DNA from: Octopus sinensis
Lineage: Eukaryota
Reading direction: 5' to 3'
Length of the DNA: 64,000 bases
Assembly: GCF_006345805.1 (NCBI RefSeq)
Contig: NC_043001.1
Span: 35,092,001-35,156,000, forward strand
Shown here: positions 53,675-64,000 of the stretch, piece by piece
Layout of the letters: the number at the start of each line of letters is the position of its first letter
Position numbering within the stretch: the first letter of the stretch is position 1
The notes under the pieces: model-generated
The model's database searches: none
What the model saw: the letters and a program-made list of their open reading frames with translations, nothing else
What the model was told of the DNA's origin: nothing
Program-made: the position numbers and the translations under genes

Positions 53675-54422
53675 GTGAAAGGAACTTTAAGAACTGAGAA
53701 CTTGTATTTTGCTTAGGTATTTCTTCCCTTCCCACCGGCTATTAATAAAGAAATAGAAAAAATGTCCATATAGTTTGACATAAGTACACAGTAATCCATT
53801 ATGTTTAGTTCGGCTGCAAATTTGTTACCACAAACAGCAAATAGAAAATCAAATGAAACAACAAAACCGAATACAAACAAAAGCGATTTCGTTCCACTCG
53901 GTGATCGCCGCTTCCTAAGGCAAGACAACCCCTCAGTGATTTCGTATTCCCCTGGAGGTGTTGCCTCGTATTATTCGGCAAGTCACATGAGTCGTGCTCC
54001 AGTTAACCATGTCCGAAGAAAATAATGATAATAACAACAATTAAAAAAAAAGTAATAACAATAATAATGAATGTCCGACTTAGAAACTTGAACTGTTTCT
54101 GTGTCAGATTATTTTTCTTCAGTTGCTTTTTTCTTATTTGTGTTGGGGAAATTAGGTTTCTTGTTTGCTTACTGCCCTGGTTTCTAGCATTAAAGGCTAT
54201 TTCGTTTCGTCTCAGGAATAAATATTTTATAGTGACCTGTGTAGAATTATGTGCGTGAGTGTGCATGTGTGTGTTTGTTTTTGGAGTGCAGAAAAAATGC
54301 GTTTTACGTTGTCTGTTCAGCGAAAGTGCTGCTTTATAAACTTTATATTAAATCACTTCAGATTTACGCTGTGTGGTGCACACTTACATACACATGTTGA
54401 TAGAAAAACATATAGAGAGGTA

Positions 54423-54496
<74 letters not shown>

Positions 54497-54497
54497 G

Positions 54498-54573
<76 letters not shown>

Positions 54574-56059
54574 GGAGTTTGAAATTATACCTGCGTTAAA
54601 CTCCATTTATTTATTAATATATTATACAAAAAGTTCCTCGTAAACCCGAAGTTTCTACCTTTAAAAACAAGGAGTTACAACCTCTTTACTAGTGTGATTT
54701 TCTGCTACCCTGGTTACTATTTATCGATTAATTGTTAACAAAGGAAAAATACACTCATCTATTTATATATATCTTCTATGTATATGTATATATATATATA
54801 GCATACATACATATATACAAACATACACACACCCCACACACATAGATACATACATATATACATACATATAGCTGAAGAGAAGAACAATATTTTCAAGACT
54901 GAACATAGTAACAATAGCAAAAATATTTTCAGGATTTCTTAAATATTATGGGACTCGCATATGTTATATCGAGTTTATTGCAGTAAATACGAAGTGTTAA
55001 ACGTTTTACAAGTTCTCATTTTCGTAATTCAGTGATTAATGAATTGTATGTGGCTTACCGATGTATGCTGCAAAATAACAGACACGAGTAACGTTAACGT
55101 TATGTAGTAAAATCAAAGGAAAGGATCTCAACTTTGTCCTGCTAGTAATAACAGCCAAATCTCCCATAAATTACACTCTAGCGTTTTTAATATAAAGAAA
55201 GGACATACTGGAAAGTGTATCCTGAAGTGTCTACACTAAATAGTTGAAAGGAAGAAATGAATGACTGCAATTCTTATTTTCCTTCCCTGGTAGGTGAATA
55301 TCAGATGTGTTTTCCCGCTTTACATTGAGTACTAGTGTTGCAGCTCTTCAAACTAAAGCCAAGCAAGTTTATAAGTGGAATTTCATTGAAACAAAAACCA
55401 TAAATCCAACTCACCAAGTACTCACATGAATAAATGAAATATATGAATTATATGGAAAAGATGTATATGGATGTATACAATCATTCATTCATATATTCAT
55501 GTTCATGGAATATTTTGATTTTGATTGTTTGTTTCCATATGCATTTAGTTGAGATGATTAAAAACCAAGTTGCAAGCTTCTAACTCTCTACCCTCATAAA
55601 AATGAAAAGTGCATTGTAAATAGCATAGGTTTAGATAATCTTTGGAACACAGATTTTTCGCGAGTGGACACAGCTTCTCAAAAAAGCAACTCGATCAGAC
55701 TGATTTTGAGGAGTCGAATTAATCCGTTAATCAGATTTACTCAGTACTTCTCTATCTGATAAAATTAATCACTTGGGTTCTAAGCATTGGGGCCATTCTT
55801 CCCTTTGAGAATGACTTTTCCTGTTTTGCTTCCGAAACCCTGAGAGATGTTATAGGCATATTTTCACCATCAAAATCATTAAAGAAAATTAATTTTAAAA
55901 ATAGAACTAATAATTAAATTTCTCGTCTGATTTCATTCCGTTTCATGTGCTGTTAAAACCATTACAAATGACATGAATTTCACAATACGCTCTGTCTATC
56001 GCGACACATAAAATACAGAGTGATAGTTGTTCAAACAATGATAATAAATAATGGTTTTA

Positions 56060-56232
56060 ATTTTTGATACAAGAGCGGAAATTTCGCTCAACTACTAGCT
56101 TCTTTTATCAACACCAAAAGGTCGAAAGACAAAGTCGGCCTCGGTGCAATCTGAACTAAGAACGTAAAGACAGCCAAAATATCACGAAGCATTTGGTCCG
56201 GCGTGCTCACGATTCTACATGCTCGCCTGCTT
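56060..56232 (-). mobile_element. Old SINE family A
   Basis: CAAAGTCGGCCTCGG, GAACTAAGAACGTAAAGAC, CCGGCGTGCTCACG recognisable in reverse. Confidence 0.6.
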
Positions 56233-56243
56233 AAAAATGATAA

Positions 56244-56590
56244 TCTCTCTATATATAAACGGCAAAATGTCTGTGTGTGTGTCCTTCATAGAAATCCACA
56301 ATTTTTTAGTTAGAGCACTCGCACTTTCTATGGTCATTTAAAACCGTTCATCTTTACATTTCCCCAGTCACCCCGCAAAGCCATTAAAAAATCAATAGAA
56401 GTGACTTTTTTGTGAATTTTCTATCCAAAACCCAATCAAAATGCCCGAAACTTGATACGCCAATTGAATGCCCGCTAGCTGTGTGTGATTGGTCGGAAAT
56501 TTGAAAGTACTCGCGTGTACGTGCGCACGCACGCAGCTGTATATGCATGCACTAGCACTATGACTCGGTGTTGCCGGGTCATAGTGCTAG
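56244..56590 (+). mobile_element. Non-autonomous Helitron-like element
   Basis: Inserted A|T; 5' TCTCTCTATATATAAA; 3' 18-bp hairpin ACTAGCACTATGACTCGG/CCGGGTCATAGTGCTAGT ending CTAG. Confidence 0.75.
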
Positions 56591-59204
56591 TAAATAATAA
56601 AAAGCATTTAGTTATAGCAGTGACTTAGAATAAAATTTAACAAGAACTCATTTGGAGGTTTAGTTGAGACACAAAACTTAAATAAAGTGTTACTTTAATA
56701 CTGAAACTGTTTTGTTTCACTACAAGAAACTAATACATTGTTGCATTGTCTAGAACTAATTTCATTTCAATTTCACAGTCAGCGTCGTTAAGATAGAGGA
56801 TGAATCCTCATTAACATTACAATTTACTTTCTTTCATTGAAATGTAAGTTATTTATTGCAATTCTAAGAACAAACCAGATACTATGAGGATGTTAGTATT
56901 GTTGTTTATCCTTTTGTTAGTTCTGGTTAAGAATGTATACAATCAATGGCATTCCAGCTGTGATGGTCATGTCATTTTCAACGCATTTAAGATTGCGCTA
57001 TTTAGTGTGTCCTTTTCTTTTCAAGAAGGAGGTGTAATTTGAATGAAACGTTGTGCCATTTTCAGTAAGTTGATTCGGGCAATCATGTAGATGATCCCTC
57101 ATTGAGTCAGAGCTAATATATAGCAAGGTACCCCTAGATTAAGTTGTGCAGTAACGATATAAGCGTATTATAAAGCATTTACTATATGCATTATTCACTT
57201 TCTCATCTCTATAAGTATTACTCACGTCATTCAATTCACAACATTTTTTAATGACATAAAATTTCCAAAGTCGTTTTGAAATTCCAATGGCGACCGTTCA
57301 AAGGCAAATGTAATTTATCACGCTAAAAGCGTTCTGAGCCTCAGTTAGAGCGTAAGTCTTCATTTCAATCTTATCAATAATGCTTTTATAAATGTAGGAA
57401 TATCACTGCTGCCAATCTTTCTAATCGATAAGATACAAAGCTTTCGTGCCAGCTGAGAAAACCATTATTATTTTACGAACTGGAAATGTGTGGCTCTATC
57501 GTTGCATTTCTTCTCTAAATGGTTCTTAGTTTCATCTGTCAACATTCATGTTGGGAGCCATTTAAATGTTAGCTAGAAAGTAGAAAGCCAAGCGATATTT
57601 GTTTTGAACTTGTACTGTGAGCAAAATGCTACCGAGGTCAAATTCGCCTTTCAGCTTTTCGATGTCAATAAAATAGTACCAATCCAGGCCGAAGGACTAG
57701 TGAAACAGAAAGTAAATGAAACTGCATGCCATGTGCTTCACTTTCTGGATCTTTGCGTTCTCTCTCCAAAACCTGCGATGGCCTGCTGCGTTGGTAGATA
57801 TGTTATGTCACCAGAACCATTTGTTCCCTTGCGTGCTTTTTGCGGTGTTCACTTTATTTGAAACACTCGGACAGTCTCCAGTTGGTGGATAAATTCCTTC
57901 CTCTTAATAGTCTCCATCTAACTGATTAGATTAGAAGGTATATACTGAGACTGATGCCATTGACTATATCCGCTGCGTGTACAAATGTGAAGTCCAAGAC
58001 CACTATAGAAACCCATAGCTTTTAGTCTTAACTTTGCAGAAAGTTATATTACTCTTATCAAACTTCCCTGAACTATTATGGAATTACTTTCTCTGAGATG
58101 CCTGTACTTGGTTACACAGCAAAATCGTTATCATCAACATGAAAAAAACCCAACGGAGTAAGTACATATATGGACACTAAATTTGCTAGAAATAGCAGAC
58201 AAAGCACGATCATATCACATCTTTAACATAAAGACTGCATGATCAAGGTTTGAACATCATTGCGACTAGGTCTAACAGTTCAGGACTGACCAGTGTTAAA
58301 CAGCAGCAGCAGCAGCAACGACAACAACAACAACAACAACAACAAAAATAGCAGCAACAATGATTTTCAACGATATAATATTATAAACGAGTACAAACGA
58401 ATACATGTGATTCTAGGGCACACCATCTTTCAAAAAATATTACCGTTTGTCCAAAGTAGAAAATCAATATTTGTTATATATACAACGTTAGCTTGTTAAT
58501 CGAAGCTTCCAGAGTTGATTATGCAGTTCATTAAATTCAAGTCTATAATTTTTTGGGGTATTACGAGAAAATTCAGTTTCTGAAAAAGGATTTTGTTCTT
58601 ATTTACTCGCTCCAGTGAGACAAGTACTAGAAAGGAGGTATTCAATGTTGCATTCTTCATTTCAGTGAGACACAAATTCTGATAATTTCTACGTAATAAC
58701 TCAAGGTAAATTCTCTGTCAGTGCAGACAACAGTTAAGAAATAACAGGACAATCGTTGAAGTAAAACAACCAGTAATGGAAGCAACGTAACAGAACATTA
58801 TTTTGTTGTAAATAATGTTGGCGCAAGATTGGTTTAAGCCTTCAAGACTACCATTATATCGCCCTGAGCTTAATAGCTTTAGTACAAAAGCGTTAATACG
58901 TGGAACAAGAGCAGCAGTTAAAAGAAAGAAGTTTCAACAGATTAATGACAACTAGAAGAAAAACACCGATAGAGGACTGAAATACTGCCTGTTGCTAGAC
59001 AACACGTTAATTACAGAGGACGGATATATCCCTCCATATGAACACTTGATTTGGTAGAAATAGCAGACAGAGCACGATCATATACGAATAGCGACTATCA
59101 CATACTATACATGCACGCATGCATGCATACATGCATGCATACATACATACATACACATACATACATACATACATACATACATACATACATACATACATAC
59201 ATAC

Positions 59205-59265
<61 letters not shown>

Positions 59266-59344
59266 AGAATTCACGAAAAAAACAAAAGACGAAGACAGGT
59301 GGCGTAGAAAACAAACAGATGTATTAGTATAAAGCTCGGGAATT

Positions 59345-59577
59345 AAGGCGGTGAGCTGGCAGACACGTTAGCATGCCGGGCGAAATGCGTAGCCGTATTT
59401 CGTCTGCCGCTACGTCCTGAGTTCAAATTCCGCCGAGGTCGACTTTGCCTTTCATCCTTTCGGGGTCGATTAAATAAGTACCAGTTACGCCCTGGGGTCG
59501 ATATAATCGACTTAATCCATTTGTCTATCCTTGTTTGTCCCCTCTATGTTTAGCCCCTTGTAGGTAGTAAATAAATA
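59345..59577 (+). mobile_element. SINE family A, full length, tail A1, nested in copy B
   Basis: 19-bp TSD AGTATAA(A/T)GCTCGGGAATT at 59326-59344 and 59578-59596. Confidence 0.9.
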
Positions 59578-59602
59578 AGTATAATGCTCGGGAATTGAAG
59601 AA

Positions 59603-59648
59603 GTCTTTTACGTTTCGAGCCTACGCTCTTCCACAGAAAGGAGCACAG
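59603..59648 (-). ncRNA. Hammerhead-like motif with non-canonical core (U6, extra A after A9)
   Basis: CUUU CUGUGGA A GAGC GUAG GCUC GAAA CG UA|AAAG: stems I and II, palindromic ACGU stem III and GUA triplet are intact. Confidence 0.6.
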
Positions 59649-59810
59649 AAAGAAACAAGGAGAGAAAAAAATGTATGTAGTGGCTACCGATCTGTCATGG
59701 CGACTATCATATATATATATATATGTATATATATATATGTATATATATATATGTATATATATTTATGTATATATATATATGTATATATATATATGTATAT
59801 ATATATATAC

Positions 59811-59841
<31 letters not shown>

Positions 59842-59842
59842 C

Positions 59843-59923
<81 letters not shown>

Positions 59924-60017
59924 TTACTATTATGGGACGCCACCTTGAAGGGAATAGTCGAGCAAATCGACGCCAGTAGTTCTTCTTACACCTTATTCTA
60001 GCGCACATTTTTTTCCG

Positions 60018-60150
60018 AATCACAGCACTGCTTGGGACCGCTCGAATACTTCGGATGGTGCTCGAAAGTAAGGGGTGTTACCTTAATTCACTGGTAGTAA
60101 ACGTCTGACACCGCAGTACATTTCCAGCGTTAGCAGCTGTGCAAAGACAA
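60018..60150 (+). mobile_element. R4/Dong-like LINE 3' tip followed by (TAA)n
   Basis: [16 protein letters not shown] matches the usual C-terminus of restriction-like-endonuclease LINEs; (TAA)n at about 60150-60250. Confidence 0.7.
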
Positions 60151-60195
60151 TAAATAATAATAATAATGATGAAGATCATAATAATGATGAAGATC

Positions 60196-60246
<51 letters not shown>

Positions 60247-61098
60247 TAATAATAAAACAGAATTGAAATACACGTGACGACCATGTTTTATTTATAAAAT
60301 AAACGTTCAAAAATTCAAAATCTTTTTGAAGACAGAAACTTTACATGAAGAGTGTTGTAAGTGAAATAAAAATTCGAAATATCACTATATATCTGCTTGC
60401 ATGTATGTGTTTATATGTATGTATATGTACGTATTATAATTTTAGTTCATACTACAGTCAATGTCACAAGAGTATTTCATTTTGACAAGTTGTAAAATTG
60501 TAGACATTTCACAGATTATGGAACAATGTAGATATGTGTGCGGTTCCGCCTTTAAATAAGCTCGAAACAACACAGTCTATTTTACTTGATAGCTTAGAAT
60601 GTGCTTTCAGAATATAACTTCACACACAAACACACACACAAATACAAACACACATGCATATAGACGTTTATGTGTGTCTGTGTGTGTGCGTGTTTGCATA
60701 TAGGGCGTTGCTATATGTGTTTGTCCGTTATGACCGCTTAACAATTGATGTCGTTGAGTTTATTTTCCTGTTATCTAGCAGTTCCTCAAAAGAGGTCGGT
60801 AGAATAAGTACCAAACTTAAACAAAATAGCGATCGATTCCTTCGAATAAAATTCACCAAGGCGGTGTTCTGCACTCTAATGAGACGATTAAAAAGACAAA
60901 AAGTTACATACATGTATTAATGCAATATTCACGTTAATCAAGCTTCCAGGATATCCCTGGAGGAATGTATAGAAATAGAAAGAAATAAGAAGGACAGGAA
61001 ATGAACATGCGAATGCATAGTTATAAGAGATAAGTAAGGGATATTTGTATCGCAGCATTTATATGTAGGTATTGCTGTTTCTCGGGCTGTCTCTGTCT

Positions 61099-61145
<47 letters not shown>

Positions 61146-61180
61146 TTCCTTCATACATAAGTTTAGATAACTAATTGTGT

Positions 61181-61443
61181 GTGGAGGCGCGTGGCTTAGT
61201 GGTTAGGGTGTCAGCATCATGATCGTAAGATTGTGGTTTCGATTCCTGGACCGAGCGACGCGATGTGTTCTTGAGCAAGACACTTCATTTCACGCTGCTC
61301 CAGTCCACTCAGATGGCAAAAATGAGTAACGCTGCGATGGACTGGTGTCCCGTCCAGCTGGGAAACACATACACCATAGAAACTGGGAAACCAGCCCCAT
61401 GATCCTAGCTAGGCTATAAAAAAAGGGCGCATTTGTTTTTATT
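61181..61443 (+). mobile_element. tRNA-derived SINE: CORE-like middle B + tail E
   Basis: TGGCTTAGTGG A box, TTTCGATTCC B box, TGTGTTCTTGAGCAAGACACTT; tail shared with 7895-8213; TSD-like TAA(T/C)TGTGT. Confidence 0.85.
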
Positions 61444-61549
61444 TAACTGTGTTACAGTAACAGCTTATAACATTGTAATCCATTTTCCTAATTTCTATGA
61501 GTGCTAAACCGTAATTATAATATATTTCACGCAACTTAATTTTTTCCTT

Positions 61550-61750
61550 TTAATTTTGGCAAAGGACAGCAAATTTGAGAAGAGGGGCAATTTGATTACA
61601 TCGATCTCAGTTATTATCTCATTTATATTATCGACTCCGAAAAGATGAAAGCAAAGTCAGCTTCAGGGGTATTTGAACCGAATAATATAAAGCTAGGCGA
61701 GATACCGCTAAGCATTTCGTTCGGCGTGCTTCCGATTCTCTCAGCCCTAA
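61550..61750 (-). mobile_element. Old SINE family A
   Basis: ATCGACTCCGAAAAGATGAAAGCAAAGTC and ATACCGCTAAGCATTTCG blocks. Confidence 0.65.
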
Positions 61751-63643
61751 CGCAACTTGATAATTAAAAATGTAAGTACAAGACATTTCCTTTACAATTC
61801 ATTGCATTCATCTTCATCAACAAACATTGATCAAGCAATTATATGTTTATGTCGTGAGCGGTGAGAAACACGACCTGTTCAATATTGTGGGACGCTGATT
61901 TAATTGAAAGAAAACTACTCGAGAATATCATTTTTATTAAAATGAAATGGATTACAACAACACATGCATAGCATGCTTACATAGAACAGGCATAGAGTCA
62001 TATACATGCAGACCCACACATATATGGAGAAATATAGGTTACACGTTAGCTTAAATGTGTAGTTGGCTATTCGAGATCCTATTCGGCCAGTAGACTTTCA
62101 AAACCTTTCGTACAGACTTATTTTATAATACAGGGATGACGGTCATATAGTCACTCATAATTTAAACGGTCCTGAGTAAGATAAACTTAAGAAGAATCTG
62201 ATTACATTCTTCTAAAGAATGGCCTTACGGATTACAATAGAAAGTAACCTTTATAATGTTAGATTTTTTTAGATATCAACTTAGATTTGCAATTAGGTGA
62301 ATTTAAACCTTATCGCAAGCCCAATGATAAATTATGTTATATTAGCAAAGAATCAAATCATTCATAATTGTCTAGTTTTAATGGTTATTGTTCGTCTAAG
62401 TAGGGTGCTTACTTGTGTTCAACCGACACTGAAATGGCGCAGCTTAGAACTACTTATAAAAGTGCTACAAATAACAAGTATTCGTTTTAATTATTTGCAT
62501 ATCATTTCTATATTTCTAAGAGATTAAAGGAAATTATTTCACATTTTAAAAGGTAATGGGAGAAAATAGTGTGTGTAGTTATAAACTGCAATACCTAAAA
62601 AGGATAGGATGTGTAAGGTTAGATCCCCTTTAATAAAAAAAAAACGTCTTTCAATCAGATCTTCTTTGATGTTAACCATCAACAACAAGAACAAGAACAT
62701 TAGGCATATCTCCACCTATGCGAATTATCATAAATATATACATGTTTAGACAACTTCTAAAGTAATCGTTTGTGACGTTACTTCCGTCGGAAAGTTAAGT
62801 GGGTGACCTTTTGAATAATTCCAAGAATTTAGTTAAGAACAAGAAAAATATGTTCTCCCTTAAATTCACGCCAACAATAAATATGTGTAAAAATTACTTT
62901 CTGTTTGTCGAAATTCTTCAAAGAAAATTATCATTGCCGACGCAGAAATATATTTTGTGACCAAACCGATAAAATACAGCTCATTAAGTATTTCCCTCGT
63001 GAATAAGATAACATCAGATTTTACGACCAAGTTAACTGTCAAAACGAATCATTCATACTGCTTTATATATGTGATAGTTTGCTAGATGTGCCACCACGAT
63101 AAATTTTTATGATATTTTTATTCCGAATATACTAAGTATAGAGAAACTAAATCTCATATATTGAACACTGCAATATGAAACCAAACAAAACATCCCTCTT
63201 ATAACTCCACTTTTATAAATACGTGTGTATGCATACATAAATGCATACGTACGTACGCACATAATACATACATATATATATATATATGCATATTTTTGTG
63301 TGTGAGTGTGGTGTGTGTGTGTGCATAAATACACATATATACATACATATATATATATCTGTGTGTGTATATACATATATATATATATATATGTCCGTAA
63401 GTGAACATATGTGTCTTCTCATATGTATATCGCTGAATGCATTCGTACGTGTTTGTGTGCGCGTGTGCATGTGCATGTATGTGTGAGTGCGTGCGTGCGT
63501 GCCTGACTGCCTGTTTATGTGTGTGTGAGTGCGTGCGTGCGTGCCTGTCTGCCTGTTTATGTGCGTGCGAGACTAAATCAATGTTCTGAATTTTTTCAGC
63601 TGGCCTTGAGAAGTTACTTAAGCAAATATCACAATCCCTACAA

Positions 63644-63713
<70 letters not shown>

Positions 63714-63718
63714 GTAAT

Positions 63719-64000
63719 TTAAAAAACAAGAGAGAGTAAACAATTGGAAAATGAAACTACTGCATGGTCAATTACTCCGAGAAACCGAGGTAAAGAAAAC
63801 ATCGACCCTTGGAGATGGCTAAGAAAAAGTGATCGGAAAGGATGCACTGAAGCATTGATATGCAGCGCCCAGGAACAAACTCTGAGAATTAATTACATCA
63901 AGTTCCAAACACATAAGTGTAGCGAATCGTCCCTTTGTAGGTTGTGTGGCAGCAGAAACGAAACAATCTTACATATTGTGAGTGAGTGTCGCATCCTGGC
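63719..64000 (+). mobile_element. R4/Dong-like LINE, 5'-truncated, starting right after (TAA)n; runs off window
   Basis: WKMKLLHGQ...WRWLRKSD...TEALICSAQEQTL...CRLCGSRNETILHIVSECRIL (CCHC knuckle preceding the RLE domain); (TAA)n at 63644-63712. Confidence 0.85.

Larger units (their letters stand above)
59262..59709 (-). mobile_element. Short element in (TA)n with hammerhead-like motif (copy B), interrupted by a SINE
   Basis: Homologous to 33107-33334; (TA)n on both sides. Confidence 0.75.

Noticed and set aside
58187-59085. About 28-bp repeat TAGAAATAGCAGACA(A/G)AGCACGATCATAT at about 58187 and 59054
   Set aside because: Short fragments of what is probably another dispersed repeat (related words near 52205 and 55140); no structure to interpret.

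Overview
AT-rich, microsatellite-saturated eukaryotic DNA. The SINE families and simple-repeat load look like an octopus (coleoid cephalopod) genome; this is inference, not a database result. No host protein-coding gene can be supported. Most ORFs in the track are translations of (TA)n, (CA)n, (TAA)n and similar repeats. The window is a layered transposon landscape: a Tc1 and a maT/DD37D-like mariner remnant, a 3'-truncated Ty3/Gypsy element with one LTR and a tRNA-Trp-like PBS, a 5'-truncated Tx1/L1-clade LINE, CR1, RTE and R4/Dong-like LINE ends, Penelope-like (GIY-YIG) remnants, a non-autonomous Helitron, two foldback MITEs and about 25 tRNA-derived SINE copies. Two systems stand out. (1) The dominant SINE ('family A') has a 3' tail matching the 3' end of the Tx1 LINE in this window. 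It inserts at an NNRTAT motif that it also carries internally, and it appears to build single-headed ~184-bp tandem arrays by inserting into itself. (2) Short elements, three of four embedded in (TA)n, carry type I hammerhead ribozyme motifs: one has a complete canonical core and a palindromic stem III, and one family shares a non-canonical U at core position 6. Some of these repeat families may already be catalogued; I could not check.
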